64,000 nucleotides of DNA from Lingula anatina (GCA_051362555.1 CM120644.1:9556954-9620953), one strand, 5' to 3'; positions 38,500 to 52,716 are shown, counted from the first letter of the stretch. Notes: generated by a model from the sequence alone, not told the origin. Numbers and translations: made by a program.

Positions 38500-39644
38500 T
38501 TCGACACGAAACTGTAGAATAGATAGATTGGTAGATACGGGTGCTTCTGTTTCATGTATATCGAAAGACGTTTTGCAATAAATGGGCATTTCACTATCTC
38601 AGTTAGCTCCGCCTTCTCATTTGATACAATTATAGGCGTAGGTGGTGTATCCCAAAACATTTTAGGTGTGTTACGTCTCCAATTTCACATTGGCAAAGCA
38701 AAATTTACTCAAAATTTTCAAGTGATACCGAAACTCACTCGTTCTGCTATTTTGGGCCTTGATTTCCTCCATAATCATGGAGCCACTCTCAATTTGTCTT
38801 CCCAGGAATTGATCTTGCGTAACCCCGACATTACAGTCCCCTTTACCGTTTCTGACCAATTGGGCCTCGCACGCAATACATCCACTGTCACCATTGCGCC
38901 CCACACGGAACAATTAGTACGTGTGCATGTTTCTCGCGTTCACCTAAAACCCCAAGTGTCAACTCTTGTTTTATTAGAACCGACCAACAATGTTTCTACA
39001 TTATTAGGGGCATCTTCAGTGAATGCTTTGTCAACGCGATATTGCTTTTACCGTATGGCAAATATGACTCCTAATGCTATCACAATACGTCGCAATACTA
39101 TTTGGGCCAAAGCGTCCCGTATTGACTCATCTATGGTAAATCAAATTGATTTCACTTCTAGCCCCGCCCCTCCAATTCCTCCTGCTTCCCCTCAAAACAA
39201 GCAAGCGGCTCTCTCTCTTGGCATTCCCTTTGATCTCACTCATCTTTCACCAAATCAACAGAATCAAATGTTAGGTCTTATTGGTAGCAACAAAGACATT
39301 TTTGCCTCAGATTTATCTGAAATTGGTCACGTTCCCCTCTACAAACATACTATTGAAACAGACGGGCATCCTCCGATTGCGAAACGATTCTATAGAGCCA
39401 GTCCTCAAGCCAAAGCAGAGATTGATCGTCAGAAAGATAAGATGCTAAGGCACGATATCATAGAACCATCTACTTCACCTTGGAGTAGCCCAGTGGTACT
39501 TGTGAAAAAGAAACAGGGTGATTTTCGATTTGCTATTGATTATCGGAAATTGAACGCCGTTACCAAATCAATCAGCTTTCCCCTCCCTCGTTTAGAGGAC
39601 ATTTTTGACTCTGTTGCCGACTCCAAAGCAACCTACTTTTCCCT

Positions 39645-39682
<38 letters not shown>

Positions 39683-39701
39683 TAATAATAATAATTTCCC
39701 T

Positions 39702-39737
<36 letters not shown>

Positions 39738-42700
39738 TTATTTTTCTATGGCGCATTCCATTAAAAATCTCAATGCGCCTTACAACATTCACTTAAAAGA
39801 GCTAAATAACACAATACTAATACAAGAACACATTACAATTTTAAAGGACTAAGAACTAATTTAAAGAACCAATTATTCATATTCTAAAATGATAAGAACC
39901 TAAAGTGACAACATTTAAAATTAATCATAAAATTACAGTACACCTTATTAAAAAGTAAAATTAACTATATGATAGTTACTGATAGGCTATTCTAAAAATA
40001 TGAGTTTTCAAAAGCTTTTTAAAAGTATCTATGTCACCTGCTGCTCGTATTTCAGAGGGTAAGGTGTTCCAAACTTTGGGTGCATATATCATAAATGCCC
40101 TTTCACCGTAAAATTTACCAGCTTTTTTCTCTAAGACACTGTGTTCTAAAAGTAAATGACTAAAAGTTGAAGACCTGGTAACTCTTCCATGCTGATGTTG
40201 CTTCATAAGTTCTGAGATATAAAGTGGTTTCTTCTCAGTGACTGCTTTAAAAATGACACATAAAATTTTAAATAAAATTCTCTCTCTTACTGGAAGCCAG
40301 TGAAGTTCCATCAAAACAGGTGTTATATGCTCTCGGCTTTTCCATCCCATTTTAGTTACCAGCCTAGCTGCAGAATTTTGAATTAATTGAAGTTTGTTCA
40401 GATGATTTTTGCCTAAACCATATAAGAGACTGTTGCAATAATCAAGCTTAGAAGTAATGAAAGCATGGCCAATTTTTTACAGTTGAAGTTTTGTCCAGTA
40501 AGTCACGTATCTTACTAATTCGCCAAAGTGAGTATGATGCCGATTTACAAATGTCAGAGATCCGTCTATCCATAGTTGCATACTGATCAAAGGTGACACC
40601 TAAATCTTTCACATAGCTAGATGGATTGATGTTGACACCACCGATACAAATATCACATTTCATTGCATTTCCCCTGTCTGACTTAGACCTTGATGTAAAC
40701 CATATTAGTTCAGTTTTTCCATCATTTAGTGCTAGCAAGTTTGTTTTCATCCAATTCCGGATCTCAACTAGACAAGTTTCTATTGAGGTGATAGCCATGG
40801 AGCGATAACTTTCACTTGTGACATAAATTTGAGTGTCATCAGCAAAAATGACAGTTTTGAGACCATGTTTAACTATAATGTCCTCTATTGGTAGCATATA
40901 CAATGAAAAGAGCAATGGACCTAGCACAGACCCCTGAGGGACACCATACTCTAAAATAGTGGGCTCTGATAGCAACGACTCAATTGACACCTTTTGTGTT
41001 CGATCTTTTAGATATGAGGTTAACCAATTAAGTGCTAAATCTTTTACTCCAAATCGGTACTGTAGTCTGTGCAGAAGTATGTTGTGGTAAATGGTGTCGA
41101 ATGCAGCAGACAGATCTAAAAGGACTAAAATAACATCTTATGGACATCAATACAGCTTTTTGGACTGTAGGTTTGTCTGACGATTCAAAAGAAAAATCAA
41201 CTTTTGTTACGCATAGTGGTCAATATCAGTTCAAACGTATGACGTTTGGTTTGAAAAATGCTCCTTCTTCGTATCAATACCTTTTGAGCAATTTATTTCG
41301 GCACCTAAATTGGCAATCAGTCATCATTTACATCGATGACATCCTTTCATACTCAAAACATTCAAGGAACATCTTTTGCACATCCAAGAAGTTTTCCATA
41401 TTCTTCGTCAGGCGAACCTCAAATTAAAACCATACAAATGCACATTTGCCATGCCTAAAGTACTTTATCTCGGTCATTATGTTTCAAAACAAGGAATTGA
41501 AGTTGACCCCTCCAAAACGGAAGCTGTGAAAACTTTCCCACAACCCAAAAATGTTAAGCAAGTGCGTAGTTTTCTTGGTCTCTGTAATTGGAACAGACGA
41601 TTTATCAAAGGCTTCAGCACTATTGCAAAACCTCTTAATGTATTGTTGCAAAAAGGTGTGAAATTTCAATGGTCAGAGGAGTGTGAAACAGCATTTACCA
41701 CACTCAAGCATAGGCTTATTAACTCGCCTATTCTGAAGTTCCCCGATATGTCCAAACCTTTCATCCTAACGACTGATGCGTCAGGTCACGCACTTGGTTA
41801 CATATTAGGGCAATTAGATGATTCAGGTAGGGAAACGGTCATATGCTATGGTGGTCGCTCATTAACTCCAGCTGAGAGACTGTACCCAATTACGCAACTT
41901 GAATGCATAGCTGTGCTTGAAGGAGTGAGAACGTATCAAACGTATCTACTGAATCAGCCATTCGTCATTTACACAGATCATCAGGCTTTGAAATGGCTGA
42001 AACAAGTTAAGCATACTACCCCTCGTTTGATTAGATGGGCCTTAACTTTACAAGAGTATGATTACACAATTCATCATCGCCCTGGTGACAAAAATCCCGC
42101 TAACGCTTTGTCACGCCGAGATTATGATGCCCCAGTCCCGAAAGTGACCGATGATGATACCCCGTTGCTAGGGAAAGTCAAAGTTGAAAACGAGGCGCCC
42201 GTGCGCACCATGATTGAGCAAACTCAAACTCCGTCATCCCCTGTCCATATTCTTACTTGATGTTTTCTCTGCTATTAGTCATTCAGACAAAGATAGTTTA
42301 TCTCAGTTAGCCCTTGCTCAAAGACAATGCGCTGATTTTCAGCACATAATCACTTACCTTGAGACAGACACGCTACCTAGCGATCCCAAATTGGCGAGGA
42401 AAACAGTCTATGAGTCTGACCAGTACATAATGGACGGTGATCTTCTGTTCCATATTTATCAACCTCGATCAAAGAACGCTAGTTTGGCAGACAAGAAAAT
42501 TATACGACAATTAGCGGTGCCTTCACCTTACAGGGATGATGTTTTACACGCATATCATGATAGCTTAGCAGCGGGTGCTCATTTTGCCTTTGATAGAAGT
42601 TATGAGTTGATCAGGCACAGATTCTACTGGGTTCGCAATTATTCTGAAATTATGCGATATGTCAAAACATGTGAACCCTGTCAAAAGGCGAAGCGTCATC

Positions 42701-43808
42701 ACGGTCAACGGCCTGCTCTGTTACAACCCCTTCCCATTGTAGGTGTGTGGGACAGATTACATACTGACATACTGGGTCCCTTACCCAAATCAAAAGAAGG
42801 TTACAAGTATATTCTTTTAGTGGTCTGTTCTTTCTCAGCTTGGCCAGAAGCTTTCCCTCTCAGAACTCAAACTGCTGAGGAAATAGCTCATGTTTTGTAC
42901 TCCGAAATCTTTTGTCGTTTTGGAGCACCCCGGGTGATTGTGTCAGATAGAGGTCGAAATTTTACGTCTCTTCTGATTCAGACATTGAGTGACCTGTTTC
43001 ATGTCAAACGTTCACTTACCTCGGCCTATCACCCGGCCTCAAATTCAGTTGTTGAAAGAAACAATCAATCCATTGCGCAATCTCTTAGAATTTATTGCAA
43101 TGAAGCCCAGGATAACTGGCCTTCCATTCTCCCAGGAGTAATGATGGCTCTCAGAGCAACGCCAGCTACAGAATCGACCGGGTTTTCCCCATTTCATTTA
43201 ATGTTTGGGAGAGAAATGAACACCCCCCTTGAGTCCATTCTGAAACCCCCGGATCACTTGCCTTCCTCCGTAGAAGATTACATTGACAATATTCAAAAAA
43301 ATCTGGAAACAGCACGAAAGATAGCCCATGACAATAGATTGACAATAGAGTGTTGTTGAAATGGTCACGTGTCAAACCCGGAAAGAGCCCAAAATTGACT
43401 TCGAAATTCGTAGGACCTTACAACATAACAGGCAGAGTGTCTAGTTATACGTTTTTGTTGCGTGACTGCAAAAATAAAAAAGCGCACCCGTCACCCATTC
43501 ATGCCAATCGGTTGAAATTGTACAAAGATCCACAAGATCGCCCCTTGAGACCACAGCAGCCGTTACCCATCCCCACTCAGGCTGCCCCTGCCCCGGCACC
43601 ACCGGCTGATGAGCCACCTCCAGTGCCCGATGAATGGTTCGATGTTGAAAAGCTACTGAAGTGTAAAATCATACGCGGTGTCAAACACTACTTAGTGAAG
43701 TGGAAAGGATATACCCCAACTTGGGAGCCCCACTTTAACGTTGCGCCCTCTTTGATTAGAGAATTCCATATTCATAAAACCCTGACTGGAAATCGTCGCA
43801 AAAGATAA
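38500..43808 (+). pseudogene. pol: Gypsy pol (PR-RT-RH-IN-chromodomain), frameshifted and split by an L2-like LINE
   Basis: LVDTGASVSCI; SPWSSPVVLVKK..FRFAIDYRKLN; YIDDIL; TDASGHALG; YTDHQAL; HHCC; DRGRNFTS, YHPASNSVVER; GPY; VEKLL..HYLVKWKGYTPTWEP. Confidence 0.92.
39645..41136 (-). mobile_element. 5'-truncated L2-like LINE inserted in Gypsy RT
   Basis: [52 protein letters not shown]; (TTA)n tail; Gypsy frame ATYFSL|MDINTAFW resumes; CTTAT at both junctions. Confidence 0.9.
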
Positions 43809-44482
43809 GTCCCTTTATAAGGCATGGTTATCATTCTACGTAGACCTATTTCGAATTCAACGGTCCCAGCTATTTTAATGTGATATTTTAAACCTGTTAT
43901 ATCATGGTTTATCCTACCCTCACTGATTTTACTGTTCATACGATAAACAGCGGTACGTCACAAACTTATTATAGCAGTGATTAAGAAACAATTGTCGTCC
44001 ATTTAGCATCTATTCCCTCATGCTATGTATTCATACGAAAATTTCGATAAGTGTTTATTGAGATAAGTGTTTATTTATTGAGTTTTTCAAAGATCAATGT
44101 TACAGTTTCGCGCTCATGTACTTGTACATTAAACATGTATTTGTGATATGAAGATAACAGTTCGGGCGCTCGAAGTTCTCCGTGCGTTCGGTGACACGCA
44201 CACATGTTTATAGTAAGTATCAGCACCAAATTCGAAATTAGATGATTTGCATACAAGTGGGCCCACATGAGGTAATCCTATCGTCTCCTATTTCATCTGA
44301 GCCGGCTACTCTACTTTCTACTAACACGCACTTCTCTCTTCAAAAGATGAAACTGGTGCACGCATGAGAATCACCTCACAGTATGTACCATCGGAACCTT
44401 TGTCAGGGTTAATGTTACTGCCAAAGATTTGCATAGTCAACCTGTTGATGATGATGATACCTGCTACGAAAGCGTTATACTA

Positions 44483-46110
44483 CAGACTTGACATTTAATA
44501 TGGAATATTTTTTTCCAAATAATTTTTCATCAGTTTTTTTCCTATTTTGCAGACAGATAAATTTAAAATAAGGATTAAAACCGTGTTTTAATAACTTTTA
44601 ATTATCTCTTTGATGTCATTGTGACATCAGTTCATTAATGGAATTCGCCAGAGAAGCAAACAAAAACACATTGCCTATTCTATGTCATACGAAAACCATT
44701 AAAAGGGATATTTTAAACCTCCATACGTTCCAAATATCGTCTGTAAAAGAGTTAAAAGCTCCACAAAGGACCCTCATGTCAGTGTCTAGTCACAGTAACG
44801 GTCGCTGTTACGCCTGACTTCTTCTGGCTGCTACCAGCGCTCTCAAGTGGCAAGGCATTCCTTGGGATAGGTTTTTTAAGTTCAATCTGGAATAACATTC
44901 CAGGCATCGGTCAAAATCTGCCCAATTTGGTCCAGTTTTGTTGTAGGACATGTAGGCCATTGATTCGGAGAGTAATGGCCTACCCACATATTGTCGATGT
45001 GGTTCAAATATGGCGATTTTGATGACCAAGGTAGCTGCTCATTCCCTTGGTTCTGTAAGTAAAGTGCTATTAAAAGTGCTCTGTGTGAACCGGCAATCTC
45101 ACCGTGCAACCTATCAAACTATAGCCAAGTGGTCCCCAGATTATTTCTTTATTTGATCTGGTTCAGGTTTTCGTCGATGACTACCATTGGTGTTTTGGCA
45201 CCAATGTGGTATCCACTCCAAATACTGATGCTGTTAATGACCTTAGTCAAATTAGACGCGACACACGCTTCGTCGTTGGCCTCTTCTGGATATCTTGAAA
45301 CTCTGTTTTGACTGTTGAGCGGTACAGGTGAAATCTGACCTCAATAAAGAAAGCCACGAGATTTCAGTGTTCAATCCAAAACAGTCAAGGTCTCCAACTC
45401 AATAGAGAAACATACAACGATGTTTTGCTGTTTACAGTGGGTTCTTCGGAGGTCGTCTGGTATTCTGACCTGCTAAAACCAGTTTGGTGTTCGCAAAGGG
45501 CCTTGAAAGATGCGTTTTGGTGGTAATTTACCCCTCATTCTGAACTGACTTGGTGGTTTTTTGTTTAGTTGCAACAGCATATCCCGAAAGACAGTGGGTC
45601 CTGTACCCTGGTGGTGAGATTTCAATACATTGGGTGTGGCCTCTGTGTACATCGGTCTAGGCATTACTCTGTAAAACTGTGCGGACTGTTTCGTTTGGCG
45701 CAATTACCTGTCTGGCAATGCCTGTCTTTTTCGCGCCATTCTGCCACAGATTAACAAATTTGTAAAGCACTGTATAGCTCATTTTACACACCGCAAAACC
45801 GACCACTTACATGCAAAACTTCAAATTCTTCTATGCAGTTGTTGCCGACATATGTATACTTTTTGACAGAACCATGCTTTGCCAAAGCCAAGCTTTGACC
45901 TGCCCAAAGGAGCACTACCCAATTAAATCACTGCATATTACATAATGCAGCAGCGCAATAAACCTAGTATCAGTTAATTGGCAGCGACACACCTGACTAC
46001 ACACTTCTCCATTCACATATCTTATCTGAGATTGGAGTTTGTGAAAAAAAAGCATTTTCACCTAGGCATACATTCGAAACTGAAATATTCCATATTAAAT
46101 GTCAAGTTTG
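44483..46110 (-). mobile_element. Tc1/mariner (degenerate transposase) inserted between Gypsy pol and the 3' LTR
   Basis: TIRs cagacttgacatttaatatggaatattt / aaatattccatattaaatgtcaagtttg with TA TSD; LPWSSKSPYLNHIDNMW and AWNVIP motifs. Confidence 0.88.
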
Positions 46111-47489
46111 TATAAATATAAAGTTACTCACCGCGTAAATTACAAAACCATATATACTTACACCTATAGGGAAGATATTGCATTCCGTTGAATATTGGTC
46201 TCATACGTATGAGTTAACCATGCCTGATTTTACCGTAAAGAGTGTCCCTTTTAGAGTCATTGCGTATAATCATTTCCTATATGAACTGCCTATTTAAGCA
46301 CTTAATGTTCTTGTTTAGGCAACTTCTTGCCTTCAGTCTTCACGTTTTTCGTGTTTTTTTAATGATCAATAATTTAATAATTTAACTATTTTTAATGATT
46401 CAGTACTATACCGAACACATATTTATTGCAGGGGCAAAGTTTATTCTGCGACATATAACAACCTTATTTCATGCCTATTCCTTAACTCTTTGGATATAGT
46501 ATTTTATCTGTTAAATGCATTTTTCGTTATCAACTTACTTAATGTTTATTTCTAGTGTTTATTGTGTCACTCTTTATTACTATGTATTAATGTATACTGG
46601 TTTAATGGACTATACTTAGTTATAAATATGTATATGAGATGTCCTTATTTTTAATAACGTCTTTTTTCTATCACTATTTTTATGATGCCGCACTCCTGAA
46701 CGTGGTTCTTTGTTTAGTGGTCATTTGTCTATGCCAGGAGTTTCCAACTGTTTTCAAGTTAACCACTTTTGTTGTGTTTCTTTACTTATAGTTTTTAAGG
46801 TGTTTCTAGTGTTCTTAGTTTTGGCCGGAGGCCAAACTTCTCGCGGACGGAAGGTCATATAACACGGTAGTGTCGAACGATTTGTTTCTGTCTTTAAGTC
46901 ACATTCACAATCACGGAAGAGAAACCAAAATTAGAAACAAAAATCTCGGTAGAGTAATTTATTTAAGTAATTGAAAATACGACCCTTTCGGTTGACAGAA
47001 AACGGAAACTCGGTGCCGTCTCTAAATCGCAGAAATTCCTTGGGCCTCATTTAAGTCATTTCGCTTCTTTGATCTCTTCCACCCAAAATAGTCACTACAC
47101 CTGGGAAAATTTTAGTTGAGGCCAATCCCAGGTCCGAGCGTTATGTAACCATCCTACCCGTAGAACATATCCGTGTTCAGGGCAACTATGAAATGTAATA
47201 TAGTCCCTGCATTTAGTTTTATCATACTTCCTATTAATCATGTATGTTACCTTTAGTTCCTTAGTTCGTCGTGACTGTCCCTGCCTTCGTGCCAGATTGT
47301 AGCCCGTCAGCAAAAAAAGATCTTCATGAACTACCATTGATGTCTTTGGTGTTTTCACGTTTGCTACTCTCTCAGAATTAAGTAACCAACCGGGTTACAG
47401 TATCACCGTGACTTTCACGAATAACATGATAAGCGGAAAAACACAAGTTAGGTTAGAAAATCAGCTCTTTATATTTTTCCTTCCACTAT

Positions 47490-50400
47490 AAATGATTAAA
47501 ATCGCCACATTAAATTACCAAGGATTAGGTATCCCAGAGAAGAGGAAAGATGTTTGAAATTATTATAAAGGGAGAAAATATTCAGTGATATGCCTTAACG
47601 ATACGCATTTACAACAAAACTAGAGCCTTCTATTTAAACACAATGGGGCTATACTTGTATCTTTAATTAATACCGCTCAAATTGTAGAGGAGTTGCAATT
47701 CTTTTTCAGTGGTGCATAAAAACACAAGATGATAAGGGTAACTTACTCGCTGTATACTTAACTATTAATGGCTGTCGAGTCACGCTATTAAACATTTATG
47801 GTCCGAATGAGGATTATCCAGAATTCTTTGATAAGGTTAGGGAATTCATACTTGATTTCGCAAATTCAAACATTATATTGTTCGGAGATCTTATTAATCG
47901 CAATGGATCAAATTTCAGACACTTTTAATTACAATAGGAATAATAGCCCAAGAGCTAGAAAAATTAATTGAAACTATGAATGAATTGGGTCTGGAAGATT
48001 ACTACAGAGTTATTTATCCTTCCAAAAGAATATACACATGGAACAAAAAGAACCCAGTTAAACATGGTAGGCTTGATTAAATTCTAATGTCAGATAACCT
48101 CTCAAATCTTGTCACGGACATCTCAATAAAAGGGGGTTACAAATCAGATCACTCGTCAGTGGTCTTAGAATTAAAATTTATTGACTTCGTTCGGGGACCC
48201 GGTCTATGGAAATTTAATTGTACTCTACTAACCGACAGAGAGTTTGTTGACAAAGTGAAACTAACCATAATTTTGAATAAAAAACCAATATGCCACTATC
48301 TTGTATAAAGCATCCATAATTGACTGTATTCCAGAAGAAGACCTGCAATCATCCATATCCGATAGTCTACTTTGGAAGTACTACTAATGGAAATTAGGGG
48401 AGAAACTATATCACATGCAAGTGCTAAAAAAAGATAAGAATAAGAAGGAAAGGGAACTTATTGATGAGATACAAAAACTTGAAGACGACAATGACGCAGG
48501 AAATCTAGTACATAATGGCATCTCCGAAGAAAAAATGCTATTACTAGAAACATTAGGGAAAGAGAAACTACTGGGAAGCATGATTACATCACGCGCATAA
48601 TGGGTTGACGAGGGGGTGAAACCGACGCAATATCTAGAATCTAGAAACTGTCTGAATAAAACTATTCAGGTGCTAGATATAGATGGAAAAGGAACAGCTT
48701 ATGAACAGCCAGAAACCCCTCATGAGGGGAAACTTCTCTATAAAAACTTGTTTTCAATCAAAGAAAATGAAATAGATGATGTAGACCAGAGATATATACT
48801 GAAACCATATCCATTTAATAAATTGGACAATGTTACTGCTCAGGAAATCCTGAGATCTTATGTGTTATTAAAACAATGAAGAATAACAAGCCCCAAGGAA
48901 GTTACAGCTGAGTTCTACAAATTCTTTTGGAACGATCGCAAGTACTTTATCAACAGAGCTATAAATTTTATTTTTTATCTCACAAGGACACGGAATCAAT
49001 GTTTGTCTCCCAAAAAGAGACAAATCAAGAAAATACATTAAAAACTGGAGGCCGATTACACTCCTGAATGCATTTTATAAGATTATTTCCGGACGTATCT
49101 GTGGAAGAATAAAACACACTTTGAATTCTCTCATACTTCCATCGCAGTCGGGCTTTGTACCCGGTAGATACTTGGGTGATAACATGCCAGCAATATATGA
49201 CTTGCTGGACTATACTGCCAATAGACAGATTCCTAGCCTTCTAATGTTGATTGACTTTGAAAAAGCTTTTGATTCCTTAGCTTGTTCCTACATCCATAAA
49301 GTTCCTAACATCATGTTTAGCAGAACGTATCCAAAACAAATTTTGGCAGGATACTCTGATAGCTTGGTCTAGCTTTATGAGAATACAAATGTTAAAGGAA
49401 TGGGCAAGTGACAGAGCACAGTACCTCTTTGGTATAATTCTGACATTGAGAGTAACAACACATCGCTGTTTATTAGAACCTTTTCTGGTACAGACAAGGA
49501 ATAAAAGTTCTTGGAGATATGTTGCACAAACAGGGAGATTTATTGAATAAGAAAGTGTTATAACAAAAATTCAATGTGAGAGTCCCAACTATGCAGTTCA
49601 ACAGTGTGTACAGTTCAGTTAAGGCTTTTCTACTCCTAAGACAATTTGATAAAGAAAAGGTGGCTATAAGAGTTACTCCTTACTACGCATTTCATTTCAA
49701 GGGGCTTAAGTTAAACGAAAAAGGAAACATATATGTATACAGAGTCCTAAATACGAAAAATATTATTCCCACTGGTGTCTGTACATGGAACCAAAAACTA
49801 TTCCATAATGGGGACGCTTGCTTACAAACGGAAGAAATCTTCGAGACTTGTTTTGGAACCTCTCGAGAAACAACATTACAATGGCTCCAGTTTAGAATAA
49901 TACATAGGATACCCCATTTAGGTGCTTATCTGAAAAAGATTGTCATTCAGGATAATAACATATGCGGCTTTTGTGAAAATGACCGTGAAGATCTCCTTCA
50001 TGTGTTCACTCATTGTAATTGTGTGCGTTCTCTTTGGAACAAGTTTCAATACCATATATTCGAAAAAACTATTGTCAATTTGGATCTCGATGACTGTAAA
50101 ATCTTGTTTGGAACAAAATGTACGACGGAAACCAAAAATTTAAATTTACGTATTATGTCTGGAAAACAATACATTTACAAGTGCCTGAAACAAAAAAGAC
50201 CCCAAGCTTCCAAGGTCTTTTGGGTTACGCAAAATTGATGTATCATGTTGACAAAAATATTGCTTTGCGCCATGGATCTTGCATATATGACAATTTTGTT
50301 AAACATTGGGCACAATGGCTACCGCTTTTTGTTGAAGGGTAATAGTAATAGCATCTCTTTCTCTATCGTTTGGGTTTTCGTTTTTATTCTATTTTATTTC

Positions 50401-50660
50401 ATTTTATTTATTTTTTTGATAATTAGCAGGCACTTAAAGATGAATCTACTTTATCTGAGTGTGACAGACAACTGATTAGTCTATTTTTGTTTATACAACT
50501 GTGTAATGCAAGGATAATATACATACAGGTATTAGCAATTAACAAGTACGAGTGTTGTGCGCACGTGAGTATGTGTGCGTGTTTGAAAGGTATATGTTAC
50601 TTATGTGTTTATCTATTTACTTATTTTTTTCCCATCATATTACAAAAAAAATTAAAATAA
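47490..50660 (+). mobile_element. Degenerate L1/Tx1-clade LINE ORF2
   Basis: MIKIATLNYQGLGIPEKRKD, NIYGPNED, YKSDHS, GPGLWKFNCTLL, QSGFVPGRYLGDN, IDFEKAFDSL, LQWLQFRIIHR, CGFC..H..THC. Confidence 0.9.
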
Positions 50661-51000
50661 TAATATAAATTTTTATAGCAATTTATACCTAAGATAAAAC
50701 TGGAGGTGAGACAACCTTTTTCACCAATTATGTATGCCATGGTGAAGTAAATAAAATAGAGACGAATGAGAAGCGTAATTTTGAACAGTATTTAAAAAAG
50801 TAAACAGCCTGAGTATACTAAACATTTAGTGCATGTGGTTGCTTCATCTTTGTCTGTTATTCTAATCCTTCCCTGGACATACCAGTACTTATATATAACA
50901 TAAACGTGATCAAGACAGTTTATTGAACGAAATGTTAAAATCTACAGACTGTAAAATCTAGATCAGTGGCTGGCAGAAAAAAAAAGATTTACCTCCCCAT

Positions 51001-51259
51001 CAGGCCTACCCTACTACCAGACTCGGCACATAAGGATCCTGAATTAACTTGCATATCGGACCACGATACCCGTTTTCAAGGTGTGTGTCAGATCGCATTT
51101 CGGAGTATCATACCCAAGAACAAATTTTGTGTTACGACCGCCGGCTCATTCTGTCGGTGTTCTAACTGATACTCTGAAATGCGAAGACGGGTAGTGTGGT
51201 CCGATATAACGGTTAATTCAGGATCCTTATGTGCAGAGTCTGGCAGTTGGGTAGGCCTG
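51001..51259. mobile_element. Short copy of the CAGGCC-TIR MITE family (cf. 2975-3920)
   Basis: caggcctaccctactaccagactcggcac / gagtctggcagttgggtaggcctg; CAT on both flanks. Confidence 0.85.
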
Positions 51260-52716
51260 CATATTAATGTCTGGAAGACCAGGCAAAAACTTTCAGCAAG
51301 GATAAAGCCTGTTTCTGTCCTAAATCTAGAACTACCGACCAAAGGAACACCCCAATTTTGATTTATAACTACATATACACAGGGAAAACCTAAAATGTAT
51401 ATAATATTTAGTCAGCAATTTGTTCAAGCTTATTTAGGTTACAACAGATAATATAACCCAAATAAAGTTTTACGTGTAAGATACACTCGTCATATCTATA
51501 TACCAGTGGAAAGATTAGCATAGACAAGAATTAATGGTCCAGTCAGTAAACCACCGACAAAGGCTATCAACCCCTAATTATCAACTCTTTATTACATATT
51601 TAAACCTAAATAGATAAACTTTAACAATACGTGAAAGCATGAAAAGTACAGCTACATATATGGCACAGAAGAATACGAAAGGTATCACACAATCATTTAG
51701 GGACAGTTTTAAACACTGTTCTTTCATGAAGTCAATAGGGGTGGTACGTGTAGAATGCTGCGGGTGGACGTATAAAATAACTGCACGGTGGTTATTTAGA
51801 AAAGCACAGCAAATTTTAAACAATCACTTTAAAAATCTACAAACTCTTGGTGCTCTTGGCATGTGCTGTAACTAAATTAAGATATACAAAATGCTGGTTT
51901 GGTAAATGTGTCACTTATTTTATCTTTCTGCGCGAGGATCTGTAGGCAAATAACAGTGTGTGCGGAGCGGGACTGCACGGAGGTAGGTCCTAGTCTGTTT
52001 TTACACAGCTGACCTCGATACATCAAAACTTTATCAGTGTTCAAAGACGTAAATATTGATTTCTCGGGCAGAATGCTGATCTGATCTAAACACGTTAATT
52101 TTTATGCGACACACGGGTGGAATACTTCTTTTTATTGACAAGAATTGTTCAACAGCGCCCGAGCACATCATTGAAAAAGCCAGGCTTGGTTAAAGAAAAT
52201 AAAACACAACTCCAGAATCAGTTTGATGATAACTATAGAAAAATCAGATGCATGCAGTCAAAAGGTAGAGAATAGGTTACAACATTCTCTGAATCGTAAA
52301 TGTGCTATAAACCCACGCTGTTTTGTAGTCAATATCTTTTTCGATTCGTTTCAGTAAAGTGTCCACTTCTTGTGTGCACGCGGGAGTACGTGAGAGGAAG
52401 AGATCATATGATGAAGTGACCTTCTTGGTGTTTACTTTAAGGGATGTCTCATTTACGATATGTTTAAGGCACTTCTATTCATATCGACGTAAATTTTTAA
52501 TCCATTCTGGTTTGTCCAGAACAAACATGTATGGTTATGCTTTACACTGTGCGTGATTATACAACTGAAAAACCAATTCAGCAAAGCATAATCCTGACAT
52601 CGAAGGAGGCCGATAGCACTCGGTTTTATATCAAATGAAGGTTTTCGTTTGAAACCCAATATTACACATTCAACTCGAATAATTTCCTGATAGCAGAATT
52701 AACCAACTTTGCTTAC

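Larger units (their letters stand above)
31103..47399 (+). mobile_element. Gypsy/Ty3 LTR retrotransposon with chromodomain; degenerate, with three nested insertions
   Basis: LTRs 31103-37138 (interrupted) and 46858-47399, TATAACACGG..CCGGGTTACA; GTAT TSD at 31099-31102 and 47400-47403; PBS, gag, PR, RT, RH, IN, chromodomain in Gypsy order. Confidence 0.93.

Noticed and set aside
39645-39852. Poly-Ile hydrophobic tail of ORF 38554-39852
   Set aside because: Translation of the L2 (TAA)n tail
44808-45739. Antisense ORFs after Gypsy pol as an env-like or extra gene
   Set aside because: Explained by a Tc1 insertion with TIRs, TA TSD and a WPxxSPDLNPIEN-like motif
52337-52356. ISRE-like GAAACGAATCGAAA on the minus strand near the putative first exon
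   Set aside because: Imperfect, in AT-rich sequence, and not evident at the paralog
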